Positions 17,874 to 28,682 are shown, numbered from the stretch's first letter. The stretch: 44,110 nt of DNA from Patescibacteria group bacterium UBA661 (GCA_002299465.1 DBNX01000017.1:1-44110), one strand, 5' to 3'. Translations and numbers: made by a program. Notes: generated from the sequence alone by a model not told the origin.

Positions 17874-18902
17874 TTACTTTAGCTTAGTGTCACTGCGGGC
17901 ATCGTACTTACCCTGACTAGCCAAACTATTCATCTCAGCGGCATAGCGAAGCATTTCTTGAGCTTCTGGTATATTTTCTGGCTTACCTTGCCAGGCCATC
18001 AAAACTGGCTCCTCGAGCGCGCGCGAATAAGAAAAAGTGATAGGCCACGGCTGTTCTCCTAATTTAACGATGGCATTCAGATTTTCAACGGAGCGCTTCG
18101 GTGTCTGACCACCCGACAAAAACACGATACCACCAACTTCGTGCGGTACTGACATATGAAAAGTCCGTAGTGTGGCATTGGCCACTGCTTCGGGTGAAGA
18201 TTGCTCACTCGCCATATCTCCCGCTAAAACCATCGATGATTTGAGGATTAATCCCTCTAAATCAACTCGGTAGTTCATCAGAGTCTGAAATAGTATCTGT
18301 AAAGTACGAGTGGTTACCTGTTCCGCTCGTACAATAGAATGGTCGCCAGCAAAAATTACCTCCGGTTCAACCATTGGCACAATTCCAGCCGCCTGCGCGA
18401 GCTGTGCGTAACGTGCCAACATAATAGCATTCATAGTAATTGCGGCATCGGTGGGAGTGTCTTCCTCATCAATCGTCACGACCGCGCGCCACTTAGCGAA
18501 ACGTGCCCCCAAGTCATAATATTCTTCCAAACGAGCCGTAAGGTCATCCAGACCCTGCGTAACAACTTCTCCCTTAAAACCGTGCAAATCCGTAGTGCCT
18601 TTATCAACCTTAATCCCAGGAACAATACCCTTAGCAGTGAGCACATCTGGGAACGGTGTCCCACCATCGGTAAAATTACGAATTGAGGAATCGTACATTA
18701 TTACTCCAGAAATATACTTTTCAATCCCTAGTGCGGTAAATAATAACTCACGAAAGTCTTGACGATTCTCTGGTTTGTTTGGTAAATGTACTAACGCCAA
18801 CCGTTTGCCGGCTGAGGCATCACTTTCATCAGCCGCGAGGATGCCCTTACCGGGTGCCATCAGGGTCGCTACGGTTTCGTATAACTTGGTGTTCTTTTTC
18901 AT
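17874..18902 (-). CDS. Fructose-bisphosphate aldolase class I (eukaryote-like glycolytic family)
   Basis: GKGILAADES, GIKVDKG, FAKWR, VPMVEPEV, LKSSMV Schiff-base Lys, FLSGGQ, TFSYSRAL. Confidence 0.95.
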   Translation of the reverse strand: MKKNTKLYETVATLMAPGKGILAADESDASAGKRLALVHLPNKPENRQDFRELLFTALGIEKYISGVIMYDSSIRNFTDGGTPFPDVLTAKGIVPGIKVDKGTTDLHGFKGEVVTQGLDDLTARLEEYYDLGARFAKWRAVVTIDEEDTPTDAAITMNAIMLARYAQLAQAAGIVPMVEPEVIFAGDHSIVRAEQVTTRTLQILFQTLMNYRVDLEGLILKSSMVLAGDMASEQSSPEAVANATLRTFHMSVPHEVGGIVFLSGGQTPKRSVENLNAIVKLGEQPWPITFSYSRALEEPVLMAWQGKPENIPEAQEMLRYAAEMNSLASQGKYDARSDTKLK

Positions 18903-19019
18903 ACTTTAACTAGTGTAACAAAAAAAGTGCCAGACTCACCATATCAACTGTGAGCAACTCTTAGTAAAAATGTATATAATCAAACCACATCAGATAACTC
19001 TTCGCTAAAAACAACCGTT

Positions 19020-19775
19020 ATGAAAATTACGATCGAACAAGAAATGAAATGGTTATTACAAGAAAAATATAATGGACAAAGCGGCGCTGAGTACGAAGCC
19101 GATTGTGTTCGTCTGAAAGCTGGTGAACCCTTAGCTTATCTGATTGGTCATTTGCCGTTTCTCAATACTACAATCTGGTTGGACTCTCACCCCCTCATCC
19201 CTCGTCCCGAAACAGAATATTGGGTAAACGAACTAATCACCTCCTTTAGAAAAAGAAAATATTCGCCAAAAAATATTTTAGACCTGGGAGCGGGTAGCGG
19301 CTGCATTGGAATAGCGCTAGGTAAAGAATTTACCTCTGCCGCTATAACTTTTGTCGAACTAGAAAACAGACATAGCGCCACCCTTGAAAAAAACTGCGCC
19401 TTTAATAAATTAGAAAAAAATCGTTACCAGATTTTTGTGGGCGACCTGTTTACACCCATCCTTGACCAGCCAACTTTTGATTTGATTGTGAGCAACCCAC
19501 CTTATATTGATGCTTCCTTGAAGCGCACCGCCACCAGCGTAATCAAATACGAACCACCGCTGGCTCTCTACGGCGGAAGCGGTGGAATGGCTATAATTGA
19601 AAAAATAATTATCGAAGCCCCACACTGGCTTAACCCGCACGGTGAATTATGGCTAGAACACGAACCCGAACAAACTGAAACCATAACAAGCCTAGCCCTT
19701 AACTACGGCTTCCGTTGCCATACCCAAACAGACCAATTTGGAACACTGCGTTACTCACAATTAGTGTTACAATAA
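19020..19775 (+). CDS. prmC: Release factor glutamine methyltransferase
   Basis: GEPLAY, LIPRPETE, LDLGAGSGCI, SNPPY. Confidence 0.95.
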   Translation: MKITIEQEMKWLLQEKYNGQSGAEYEADCVRLKAGEPLAYLIGHLPFLNTTIWLDSHPLIPRPETEYWVNELITSFRKRKYSPKNILDLGAGSGCIGIALGKEFTSAAITFVELENRHSATLEKNCAFNKLEKNRYQIFVGDLFTPILDQPTFDLIVSNPPYIDASLKRTATSVIKYEPPLALYGGSGGMAIIEKIIIEAPHWLNPHGELWLEHEPEQTETITSLALNYGFRCHTQTDQFGTLRYSQLVLQ

Positions 19776-19795
19776 ACAGGCGAGAAAAATCATTT

Positions 19796-20026
19796 ATGTC
19801 GTTTATGTTTTTTACACCATCATTTGACCTTCCGCTTGATTCAATTGTCCTCATCGGTTTTTATCTAGTAGCGGGTTTGTACACTGTTTTTACAATAATT
19901 TTGTACTACCACTGGCAGCAATACAGCATTGACGACAAAGTGTCCCGCTTGACCTACATTGTTTATCTCGTCACTACCCTACCCTTAATCGGCTTGCTTG
20001 GTATTTTAACGTTCTTTATTAATTAA
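19796..20026 (+). CDS. Hypothetical two-TM membrane protein
   Basis: Two hydrophobic helices around ILYYHWQQYS; start moved to MSFM. Confidence 0.75.
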   Translation: MSFMFFTPSFDLPLDSIVLIGFYLVAGLYTVFTIILYYHWQQYSIDDKVSRLTYIVYLVTTLPLIGLLGILTFFIN

Positions 20027-20040
20027 AAACTCGCTTACCT

Positions 20041-20607
20041 ATGCTTCTAGAAAAAATCCAACTCGAGCCCAATGAAGAAATCCTACAGACTGTTCGCAAG
20101 CACTGGTTTATTCTATTTTCTGAATTGTTCGGTGTCCTTGTTATGTTACTGGCACCTTTATTTGTGATGGTAGTAGCGGCTTTTATTCCCAACCTACCCG
20201 AAACCTTAAATATTTTCTCAGAATACTTAGTTCTATCATCTTACTTCATCATCGTCTGGATAATCTTTTGCCTCCTTTCCGCCTTCACTATCTGGACTCA
20301 TTATTATCTCGATTTGTGGGTAGTGACTAATCGTCGTTTGCTAGTGATTGATCAAATACACTTCTTCAACCGCAAAGTGAGCAGTTTTCGTCTGGAACGC
20401 CTGCAAGACATCAAAGTGCTAATCAGTGGCGTTATACCAACCTTCCTAAACTTCGGCACAATCCGCGCGCAAACAGCGAGTGCTGCCGACTCTGCCTTTA
20501 CTTCAACCGGATTACCTGACCCGCGCGGCTTACAAGCCATCATTCAAAAAGCTACCGATGAACGCTTGCGTGACCTAAACCAACCAGCATCACTGCTAAC
20601 CGATTAA
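20041..20607 (+). CDS. Membrane protein with bacterial PH (bPH_2) domain
   Basis: RKHW, two TMs, VVTNRR, LERLQD, FGTIRAQTA. Confidence 0.85.
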   Translation: MLLEKIQLEPNEEILQTVRKHWFILFSELFGVLVMLLAPLFVMVVAAFIPNLPETLNIFSEYLVLSSYFIIVWIIFCLLSAFTIWTHYYLDLWVVTNRRLLVIDQIHFFNRKVSSFRLERLQDIKVLISGVIPTFLNFGTIRAQTASAADSAFTSTGLPDPRGLQAIIQKATDERLRDLNQPASLLTD

Positions 20608-20647
20608 AACTTGCATTCCCCTTGCTGCTCACCTAAAATTAGCTACT

Positions 20648-21919
20648 ATGAACGAAGAAAAACTCTCCACCGCTCCTTACAAGGGGGTTCGTGATTTTTA
20701 CCCTGAAGATTTGGCAATTTTGAGTTACATAATCAAAACCTGGAGTAAAACCGCCGAGAGTTTTGGCTTTGCTCGCTACGATGCCTCAGTCTTAGAGCCG
20801 GCTGAACTTTACAAAAATAAAGGAGCTGTCAACGCTGAAATTGTCAACGAACAGACTTACACCTTCATTGATCGGGGCGAGCGTGCGGTCACCCTGCGAC
20901 CGGAAATGACTCCGACGGCGGCGCGTTTAGTCGCCGCCCGGGCGCGCGATTTATGCTTCCCGCTACGCTGGTACGCCATACCAAACCTGTTTCGCTACGA
21001 AAGACCCCAACGGGGTCGCTTGCGTGAACATTGGCAATTAAACTGCGATCTTTTTGGTGTCACTGACCGCCTGGCTGATATTGAAATTTTACTTTTGGCT
21101 CACCAAATCTTAATTGATTTTGGCGCCACTTCCGAGATGTTTACCATCCTCGTAAATGACCGCGCCGAAATGACTGCCGCTTACCAAGCACTCGGCATCA
21201 CTGACGCCAACACTATAAATGACATCACACGCCTAACCGATCGCAAACGCAAAATCACTGATGCCACCTATCGCCAAGAGCTCACGACTATTCTTAAGGG
21301 AAACAATGTACTAGCTGAACAAGTGCTAAACTTGCTCGAAACCCCAAATGTTACCCATCCTTTACTCAACGATCTAAAAGAGCTGGGAGTTACAAATGTC
21401 AAAATTGACCGCACGATTGCCCGTGGTTTTGATTATTACACGGGTATGATTTTTGAGGTCGTTGATAATCATCCAGAAAATAACCGTTCCCTCATGGGTG
21501 GCGGCCGATACAACAGTCTAACTGCAATGTTTAGCTCGGAAGCCGTGGCGGCAGTCGGTTTTGGAATGGGAGATGTCACGATGCGTGATTTTTTGATTTC
21601 ACACCAACTCTTACCGAAAAACGTAACCATCACCGCTCCCACTTTAATGATTATCCCAGCCGAACCAGTCAATTCCCTTCCCAGTGAAAAATTAGCTCTT
21701 CTTTTCCGCGCTCGTGGCATAAAAACCGGTGTCGATTTTGGTACCAAAAAATTGGGTAAAAAAATTGCTGACGCGGCAACTAGTGGTGTAAAATACGCCA
21801 TTGTGGTTGGAGAATCAGAGTTGGCGGCTGGGCAGTTTGTTCTAAAAAACCTAGATTTAAATCTCACCGAGACTGGCTCCATTGAGTCTTTAATTACATT
21901 TTTGATTGAACAAACCTAA
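20648..21919 (+). CDS. hisS: Histidyl-tRNA synthetase
   Basis: KGVRDF, LRPEMT, FRYERPQRGRLREH, RGFDYYTG, GGGRY. Confidence 0.97.
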   Translation: MNEEKLSTAPYKGVRDFYPEDLAILSYIIKTWSKTAESFGFARYDASVLEPAELYKNKGAVNAEIVNEQTYTFIDRGERAVTLRPEMTPTAARLVAARARDLCFPLRWYAIPNLFRYERPQRGRLREHWQLNCDLFGVTDRLADIEILLLAHQILIDFGATSEMFTILVNDRAEMTAAYQALGITDANTINDITRLTDRKRKITDATYRQELTTILKGNNVLAEQVLNLLETPNVTHPLLNDLKELGVTNVKIDRTIARGFDYYTGMIFEVVDNHPENNRSLMGGGRYNSLTAMFSSEAVAAVGFGMGDVTMRDFLISHQLLPKNVTITAPTLMIIPAEPVNSLPSEKLALLFRARGIKTGVDFGTKKLGKKIADAATSGVKYAIVVGESELAAGQFVLKNLDLNLTETGSIESLITFLIEQT

Positions 21920-21924
21920 GCTTC

Positions 21925-22500
21925 ATGCGTTACCTCATTTTTGATTTAGAAACTCAGAATACTTTTCAAGATGTCGGCAGTAGTGATCCGAGCGCTCTTT
22001 CTATCTCAGTTGGATCTTTTTATGATAGCGAGACCGACCGCTACACAACCGTTACTGTCGATGAGCTGAGTCAGGCTTGGCCTCTCATTGAAAATGCTGA
22101 TGCTCTCGTTGGTTTTAATACAAACCATTTTGATATTCCACTCCTTAATAAATACTATCCGGGTGATTTGTTTGCCATCAAAAGTATTGATTTATTAGAG
22201 GCGGTAAAAAAATCCCTCGGCCGACGCTTGCGTTTGGACTCCATCGCTGAAGCTACTGTTGGCGCGACCAAATCGGCTCATGGATTAACCGCTGTGCGCT
22301 GGTGGCGTGAAGGTAAAATTGAAGACATCAAAACCTATTGCGAGCAAGATGTACGCGTGACGAAAAAGCTTTTTGATTACGCTCGCCAACACGGGCATCT
22401 AAAATTTAAAGACGGTAGTAGAAAACGAGAAATACCGATAGATACTACTACTTGGGAAACTAAAGACGACGCGGTCCTAACTCATTCCCTACAATTCTAA
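21925..22500 (+). CDS. RNase H-like (DEDD / RNase_H_2, YprB-like) exonuclease-domain protein
   Basis: FDLET, VGFN...FDIP, YCEQDV. Confidence 0.85.
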   Translation: MRYLIFDLETQNTFQDVGSSDPSALSISVGSFYDSETDRYTTVTVDELSQAWPLIENADALVGFNTNHFDIPLLNKYYPGDLFAIKSIDLLEAVKKSLGRRLRLDSIAEATVGATKSAHGLTAVRWWREGKIEDIKTYCEQDVRVTKKLFDYARQHGHLKFKDGSRKREIPIDTTTWETKDDAVLTHSLQF

Positions 22501-23303
22501 AGAAACCAAGACACGTACGCGACGAAAATCGCCAAAATAATACTGTACCAAATAAATGGCCACAACGTGTATTTACGAATAAAGTCTAGGAAAAAGTGGA
22601 TAACGATAATTGCTACTACATAGCTAACCACCGCCGCTACGGCAACCGGACCCCAATTCACAGTTTCACCAATGATAATTAGATCGATTAGTTTTTTGGT
22701 GCCCACTCCAAGCGTAATCGGAATTGCTAACAAAAAAGAAAACCGTGCCGCTTCGTAACGAGACAAACCCACCAACATTCCGCCTGCCAAAGTGGCTCCG
22801 GATCGGGAAAATCCCGGAATCAATGCCAAGGCCTGAAAAATACCAATCAAAAAGCCGCGGCGAACGGTGATGCTACCATTCGGTGGCTTAATATGGTAAC
22901 GCCACTCCGCGTACATAAAAAATAAGGCGGAAAGAAAAAGCACGCCTGCCACGAGCAACGCTCGCTCGAAAGTAGACATAAACTCCTCCAGCAACATCCC
23001 GAGAATTACCCCTGGAATGGTACCGACCAACAAGGCATAAAGAAGTGTCGCATCTTTTTCGTTAGTGGGCAGTCGTCCCAATTTACGAATCAGCGTCTGC
23101 ACAAGCACCCACAGCTCCGCCCGAAAATAGGTGATAACGGCTAATGTCGTTGCTAAGTGCAAAACAGCGTCTACTGCAAAACCATTAACATCATCGATGT
23201 TTAGAAAATCGCGCACCATCATCAGGTGACCCGAGGAAGAAATCGGCAAAAACTCAGTAATTCCCTGCAGTAAGCCCAGTATCAGGGCGGTGATTATGTC
23301 CAT
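22497..23303 (-). CDS. uppP: Undecaprenyl-diphosphatase
   Basis: QGITEFLPISSSGH, PGFSRSG, AARFSFLL. Confidence 0.97.
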   Translation of the reverse strand: MDIITALILGLLQGITEFLPISSSGHLMMVRDFLNIDDVNGFAVDAVLHLATTLAVITYFRAELWVLVQTLIRKLGRLPTNEKDATLLYALLVGTIPGVILGMLLEEFMSTFERALLVAGVLFLSALFFMYAEWRYHIKPPNGSITVRRGFLIGIFQALALIPGFSRSGATLAGGMLVGLSRYEAARFSFLLAIPITLGVGTKKLIDLIIIGETVNWGPVAVAAVVSYVVAIIVIHFFLDFIRKYTLWPFIWYSIILAIFVAYVSWFL

Positions 23304-23397
23304 ATTTAGTCAACAGTATACCATCGCCAAAAAATAAATCGTGTTAGAATGTAAACATTGAGATAGGTAAAATTAATCTTAAATCAAAAAATACACT

Positions 23398-24177
23398 ATG
23401 GAACCAAACTTTACACCCAATAATAATCAAAATTCTGTTGTTATACCGATCGCCATCGTAGCTGGTTTTGGCTTGATTGCTTTAGCTATTTACTTTAGTG
23501 GACTAGGCGGAACCAGAGTAGCCACCGCCCCCACTGCCGCTCCTCAGCCAGCCACCGCACCCCAAGCTACTGGCCAAATCAGACCAGTAGACGAGACCGA
23601 TTTTATTAAAGGTAATCCTAACGCCCCGATTTTAATTGTCGAGTATTCAGACTATGAATGTGTTTTTTGTAAGCAATTTCACGAGACAATGCACCGCATT
23701 ATGAGCGAGTACGGTATCAACGGTAACGTAGCGTGGGTATATCGGCAATTTCCCATCACCCAACTTCACCCCAATTCCGAAAGAATCTCGGAAACTGCGC
23801 TTTGTGTCGGTGAAGTAGGTGGCAACGAAGCTTTTTGGAAATTTACTGACAATTTATTCTTTGGTCGAGAAGCTGGTGAGAGAATCGACGTTGCTCAATT
23901 ACCAGTCTACGCCGAAGTGGCTGGTGTACCCCGCGCCGAACTTTTAAGTTGCCTAGACTCTGGCAGACAAAGAACTGTCTTGGAGGCTTCGATCGCTGAT
24001 GGTATACAGGCGGGTGTTCAGGGAACTCCACAGTCATTCATAATTGTCGGCAACCAAATGGAAGCCATCAACGGCGCTCAACCCTATGCTGTTATGAAAG
24101 GAATTATCGACAGTCTATTGGCACAACTAGCTGGTGGCGCTGCCACTCCCCCACCCGCTCCAGCTTCTCCTCAGTAA
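23398..24177 (+). CDS. Membrane-anchored DsbA/BdbD-family thiol-disulfide oxidoreductase
   Basis: TM anchor, EYSDYECVFC, GVQGTP cis-Pro loop. Confidence 0.92.
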   Translation: MEPNFTPNNNQNSVVIPIAIVAGFGLIALAIYFSGLGGTRVATAPTAAPQPATAPQATGQIRPVDETDFIKGNPNAPILIVEYSDYECVFCKQFHETMHRIMSEYGINGNVAWVYRQFPITQLHPNSERISETALCVGEVGGNEAFWKFTDNLFFGREAGERIDVAQLPVYAEVAGVPRAELLSCLDSGRQRTVLEASIADGIQAGVQGTPQSFIIVGNQMEAINGAQPYAVMKGIIDSLLAQLAGGAATPPPAPASPQ

Positions 24178-24198
24178 CATCTGGCTCTAAAAAATCTC

Positions 24199-24222
24199 AA
24201 AAACCGGCAGTTGCCGGTTTTT
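24199..24222. terminator. Bidirectional terminator
   Basis: AAAAACCGGCA-GT-TGCCGGTTTTT between convergent genes. Confidence 0.85.
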
Positions 24223-24291
24223 TCATTCGCTGGTTTACTCCATAATGTCATGTACAGAGAAGTAGCCAGCTAACTAAGTAAGCGTTCCTCT

Positions 24292-27200
24292 CTAGGGACA
24301 ATTGCGCCTAAGCCACTGTTCCGCCAACACGGCGTGTTTGCTGGCACCAGCCAATTCTTCATTGTTAAGAAAATCACCACTCCAAAATTCTTGGACAACC
24401 TGTTTGATTGTGGTCTTAAGCTGGTCTATTTCTAGGGCTGTGATCTTAAAAGATTCTTCTCTAATAGAACCATTTTTCAGTGGCTCTACAAAAGAAATTA
24501 CGGTCTCGTCTGTGTGTAAACGCTCATCTTCCTGCCGAGACAGCAACAGTACATAGAATTGAACTTGGCGTAGATAATTACCGTCGCTATTTTTGGTCTC
24601 ACCCAAAATCTCCCCGCGAGTTTTGGGTTTTCCGGTCTTGTAGTCTAAGACCCGAAGGGCCTGCCCATCAGTAGCAAAATCAACCCGATCCATCTTGCCG
24701 GTAAGCAAAATTTCTGGAATCTCCGGCAGGGTCAGTTCTAACTTCGCCTGCAACTTTAATTCCTCGCGAGTCACTGTAGCTGCGGTCTGTTTAAGATGTT
24801 CAAGATATCTCACTAGCATCACGCTTCCCTTCTCATGTAGCTGTGTGTATTCAGAAGTGGTAATTGGTAAACGATGTAACTCAGTTTTAAGCCATTTGAG
24901 CAAATCTGTATTTTCGGGCCAGACTCCGGTCGTCGTGTGTTGCTTAGTTGTCTTGTCTAACACCTGATGCAGAGCTGTGCCAAATTGTAAATGTAAGGGT
25001 TTTGTTGTGGGCACTCGCAACAAATTATCAAAAAGAAAATCCCACGGATTGGCAAGTAAATTATTAAATGAACTTGCTGACAAACCTCGCTCTAAAAGAA
25101 GTGTTTGCAATAATGCCCGAGTAGCTGACTGGTCAGTTTGCTTAACACTCACCAGAGACGCGACGGGTGAGAATTCATTTTCAAACTCACTAACATCGGT
25201 TGGTATCAGTTGTTTTTGGTCACAAAGTTCTGTAATGAGACGAAACGTGGTGGTGTCTTTACCTTGAATGGACTGGGCGGAAGCAGAAAGATGCAGTTCT
25301 TTTTTGGCACGCGTAAACGCCACGTAGAGAAGACGGCGTTCATCGTCAATTGGATCAACGGCAAAATCGGCTGTGTATTTATCAAGGGGTACCTTAAATG
25401 CCTGACGCTGGGCTTTCCCACTCCAGCGAGCATCTTGTAAATGCGGGACAAAAACTACCGCAAACTCTAATCCTTTAGCCTTATGGGCGGTCATTATCTT
25501 TAGTGCTGTCCGACTGGTTACGATGTACGGTGCCACCATTGGTAAGTTATAAGTACGCCGAGTGGCCAGAAGTTTCCTTACCGCCCCTAAGGTACTAACG
25601 CCATCGCGGCTAACCATCGCTTCGATTTCATCATAAATCCGACGGACTACTCTAGCCCCGGCAATTGGATCATTAGCCATCACATGCGTAAGCAGACCAC
25701 TAGCTTCGAGCAGATATTGCACCACGCGTTGCGGTGGTTCATAGACCGCTCGCGCTCTGGCTTCAGTGATAACTTTCATAATGTTAAGGGCCTTTTCTGG
25801 TTCACTCAATCCTAAATCTTTAATCCGCGCTTCAGACGTCAGCAGTAGTGCTAGTGACGTCTCGTAAGAACGAGCGCTTAATAATTTAACGATATCAGCT
25901 GTCGACAAACCCCAGTAAGCTCCCTGCACAACACAAACCAAAGCACTTTCGTCGGCTTCGGTTAGTACCGCCTGCAACAAACCTTCGCTGGTTTGTAATA
26001 TTGGGTGTTGCAAAATATCCCCTTCAGCTGACGCTTCCACCGGAAAACCTGCCTGTCGCAAGCGAACCGAGAAATTTTCAACTTCCTGGTTTGTCCGTAA
26101 AATGACAGCGATTTCGGAGGGGGCTGTACCCGCGTCTATTTTTTTCTTGATGGCATCGACAATCCAGTCATCTTCCACCGCTTGGTGTGAGAAATGTCGC
26201 CAGGAAATTTCTCCGGGGTCAGTAGTTTTAGCTAGGAGCGGCGTCCGTAAACGCATCATTGTTTCGTCCGGTACAGTGATTAACGCTTGTGCCAAATCAA
26301 GAATCTTCTGCCCAGAGCGGTAGTTGTCGGTAAGACTAATTTGCACCGTATCAGGAAAAACCGTAGTAAAGTAAAGGAAATTTTCTAAGGAAGCCCCTTG
26401 AAAACGATAGATGGCTTGTTTCTCATCACCCACCACAAAAATGTTGGGTTGATCGTGAAAATTACAAAGCAACTCTAAGATTTTATTTTGTGCGCCATTA
26501 ACGTCTTGGTGTTCATCCGCCAAAATATACTGGTAGGTTTCTTGGAGATTACGCAAAAGATCTATATCGCCAGTCAACGCCTCTATCGCTTCGTTAAGCA
26601 TATCGTCAAAGTCATACCAACGCAGCGAGCGCAATCCGGCCTCATACCGCAGATAGACGCTATGTAGTTCTCGATTTTTTGCCAGCTCGCGCTCCAGTGT
26701 ACTGTATTCACCTCGCACTTTCCCTTTATGCGCTCCGCCTTTATGGAATTTTTCAACTTTACTAAAATCAGCTTCTTGCTTAGCGATGATGACACTTAAA
26801 GCCGTGGGTGAGATATAAGATTGTTTTAATTCACTTATCATCTTAAGTAGCGTTGGTACATAGTGAGTCTGATTGCCCAGCGGTCGCAAAACAGAAAACG
26901 CGGTGTCTTCAAGAATCGTTTCAATTAAATCAACTTTCTCAATATCAGTAGCGGGTCGACCGCCGATAATCCGCGGGAAGGACTCTGGGTACTCTGTGAT
27001 GAGCCGACTAGCAAAACCATGAAAAGTAAAAATCGGCACACGGTAAGCCAGCGGTCCCAAGTATCGACGCAAGCGTTCGCGCATCGCCTTAGCACCCGAT
27101 TCAGTAAAGGTCAGGGCTAGAACATTCTCCGGTTGCAGATCAGTCCGGTAGAGAATGTTGGCTAAGCGTAAAGCTAGGATTTGCGTTTTACCAGTGCCTG

Positions 27201-27315
27201 GGCCAGCTACCACTAAAACTGGTCCTTCAATCGTCTCTACCGCCTGGCGCTGTTTGGCATTAAGACTATTAAGAGCCTCTAAAAAATCAGCTTCGTGGGT
27301 ATTTTTATTAGTCAT
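24292..27315 (-). CDS. UvrD/REP SF1 helicase fused to a C-terminal PD-(D/E)XK nuclease (AdnA/AddA-like)
   Basis: AGPGTGKT, DEHQD, NYRS, TAHKAKGLEF, YVAFTRA; C-terminal GKMDRVD..LDYKTG..QVQFY. Confidence 0.93.
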   Translation of the reverse strand: MTNKNTHEADFLEALNSLNAKQRQAVETIEGPVLVVAGPGTGKTQILALRLANILYRTDLQPENVLALTFTESGAKAMRERLRRYLGPLAYRVPIFTFHGFASRLITEYPESFPRIIGGRPATDIEKVDLIETILEDTAFSVLRPLGNQTHYVPTLLKMISELKQSYISPTALSVIIAKQEADFSKVEKFHKGGAHKGKVRGEYSTLERELAKNRELHSVYLRYEAGLRSLRWYDFDDMLNEAIEALTGDIDLLRNLQETYQYILADEHQDVNGAQNKILELLCNFHDQPNIFVVGDEKQAIYRFQGASLENFLYFTTVFPDTVQISLTDNYRSGQKILDLAQALITVPDETMMRLRTPLLAKTTDPGEISWRHFSHQAVEDDWIVDAIKKKIDAGTAPSEIAVILRTNQEVENFSVRLRQAGFPVEASAEGDILQHPILQTSEGLLQAVLTEADESALVCVVQGAYWGLSTADIVKLLSARSYETSLALLLTSEARIKDLGLSEPEKALNIMKVITEARARAVYEPPQRVVQYLLEASGLLTHVMANDPIAGARVVRRIYDEIEAMVSRDGVSTLGAVRKLLATRRTYNLPMVAPYIVTSRTALKIMTAHKAKGLEFAVVFVPHLQDARWSGKAQRQAFKVPLDKYTADFAVDPIDDERRLLYVAFTRAKKELHLSASAQSIQGKDTTTFRLITELCDQKQLIPTDVSEFENEFSPVASLVSVKQTDQSATRALLQTLLLERGLSASSFNNLLANPWDFLFDNLLRVPTTKPLHLQFGTALHQVLDKTTKQHTTTGVWPENTDLLKWLKTELHRLPITTSEYTQLHEKGSVMLVRYLEHLKQTAATVTREELKLQAKLELTLPEIPEILLTGKMDRVDFATDGQALRVLDYKTGKPKTRGEILGETKNSDGNYLRQVQFYVLLLSRQEDERLHTDETVISFVEPLKNGSIREESFKITALEIDQLKTTIKQVVQEFWSGDFLNNEELAGASKHAVLAEQWLRRNCP

Positions 27316-27344
27316 ATTTCAGTTCATGATAACAGATTTAACTG

Positions 27345-27397
27345 AAAGTGCCGCTTTTAGAAAGACCCCGTGGGGGTCTTTCTAAAAGCGGCACTTT
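27345..27397. repeat. Perfect 25-bp inverted repeat after nhaD (likely terminator)
   Basis: AAAGTGCCGCTTTTAGAAAGACCCC-GTG-GGGGTCTTTCTAAAAGCGGCACTTT. Confidence 0.85.
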
Positions 27398-27410
27398 TTC
27401 CAACAAACCC

Positions 27411-28682
27411 CTAGAATAAAAGAAACTGTACGTACCAAACCGCAATTCCAGTCACAAAACCAGCCGCTGCTGGAATAGTAGCAATTTTAAGATACTGCAC
27501 AAAAGTCAATTCCTTAACCATACCCATCGCTACTACCCCGGCCGCGGAACCAATAGCCAACATCGATCCTCCTGTACCAACACAGATAGCTAAGAGTACC
27601 CAAATTCGGAAATCTTCAATCTCTAACATATCTATCGCCGCAGCGGTCAATGGAATGTTGTCAAAAATCGCCGATAACGCACCGAGTACGATACTGCCGA
27701 TAATCAACTGCGATGTCCCTGGATTGGCACCAAATAAGGAGTTAGAAATTGAGTCGAGAATACCAAGAAAACCAAGTGCCCCGACCGCAAATAAAATACC
27801 AATAAAAAACAACAGACTAGATATGTCGGTTTTAGAGAGTAACTTCTCAATATCAACGGCCAAATGCGATTCCCGAGTACTCATATTGGCGAACCAGCCA
27901 ATAATCAAACCAACCAAACCAACACCTAATAATAGTCCCATAAAAGGTGGTAGTCCAATGAGTTTAACCAAGGGTGGTAGTGCGAACGAAGCAAAGGCCG
28001 CAATGATAACCACCTTTTCCGAGCGAGTTAGATTCACAACTTCGTGTGTAACCGGTTTCTCGTCCGGTGTATCACCAACAATCTGACGCAAAAATAATAA
28101 GGTGCTAACTATAAAGATTGATAGCGCTGGTAAAAACCCCCAAAGAATAATCTCTAACGCTGTAAACTTACCAGCCAACCAAAGCATGATGGTAGTAACG
28201 TCCCCCACTGGAGAAAAAGCGCCTCCGGCATTAGCAGCAACTACAATCGCCCCCGCCGCTATCAACAAATTTTTTCCTTTGAAAAACCTTCTCGCAATCT
28301 GGACCATCACAATCGTAGTGGTGAGGTTATCGATAATTCCCGATAAGAAAAAAGTGATAATTGAAATCACAATAAACTGCGACCGGTCTTCCAGGCCCAA
28401 TCCGAATAATTTTGCTCGCAGTAAGTCAAAAAACCGATAATGCACCAGTATTTCAACCAGAGTCATCGCTGCCAAGAGAAAAACTATTAGCGAAAAAGTT
28501 TCTCCAGAGATATAATGGAGAGCACTTTCAATCGCATCATGATCATAAGTAGTGAGGGCGATTCCACCCCACAAAATAGCTGCTAAAGCCGTGGCTGTGA
28601 TTGATTTATTGATCTTCCAGTAGTGTTCTAGGGTGATGAGAATATAGCCCACCAAAAAGATGATGCTTGCAATTATTACCAT
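27411..28682 (-). CDS. nhaD: Na+/H+ antiporter, NhaD family
   Basis: INKS, DNLTT, ANAGGAFSPVGDVTTIMLW, DNIP, GGSMLAIGSAAGV. Confidence 0.9.
   Translation of the reverse strand: MVIIASIIFLVGYILITLEHYWKINKSITATALAAILWGGIALTTYDHDAIESALHYISGETFSLIVFLLAAMTLVEILVHYRFFDLLRAKLFGLGLEDRSQFIVISIITFFLSGIIDNLTTTIVMVQIARRFFKGKNLLIAAGAIVVAANAGGAFSPVGDVTTIMLWLAGKFTALEIILWGFLPALSIFIVSTLLFLRQIVGDTPDEKPVTHEVVNLTRSEKVVIIAAFASFALPPLVKLIGLPPFMGLLLGVGLVGLIIGWFANMSTRESHLAVDIEKLLSKTDISSLLFFIGILFAVGALGFLGILDSISNSLFGANPGTSQLIIGSIVLGALSAIFDNIPLTAAAIDMLEIEDFRIWVLLAICVGTGGSMLAIGSAAGVVAMGMVKELTFVQYLKIATIPAAAGFVTGIAVWYVQFLLF

Noticed and set aside
23304..23330. Fluoride riboswitch-like GGCGATGG upstream of uppP
   Set aside because: The rest of the motif is absent; the sequence is explained by a TGGTATACT extended -10 box.
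24292..24700. Cas4 / CRISPR association of the PD-(D/E)XK domain
   Set aside because: No Cas4 cysteine cluster, no cas genes and no repeat-spacer array seen in the window.
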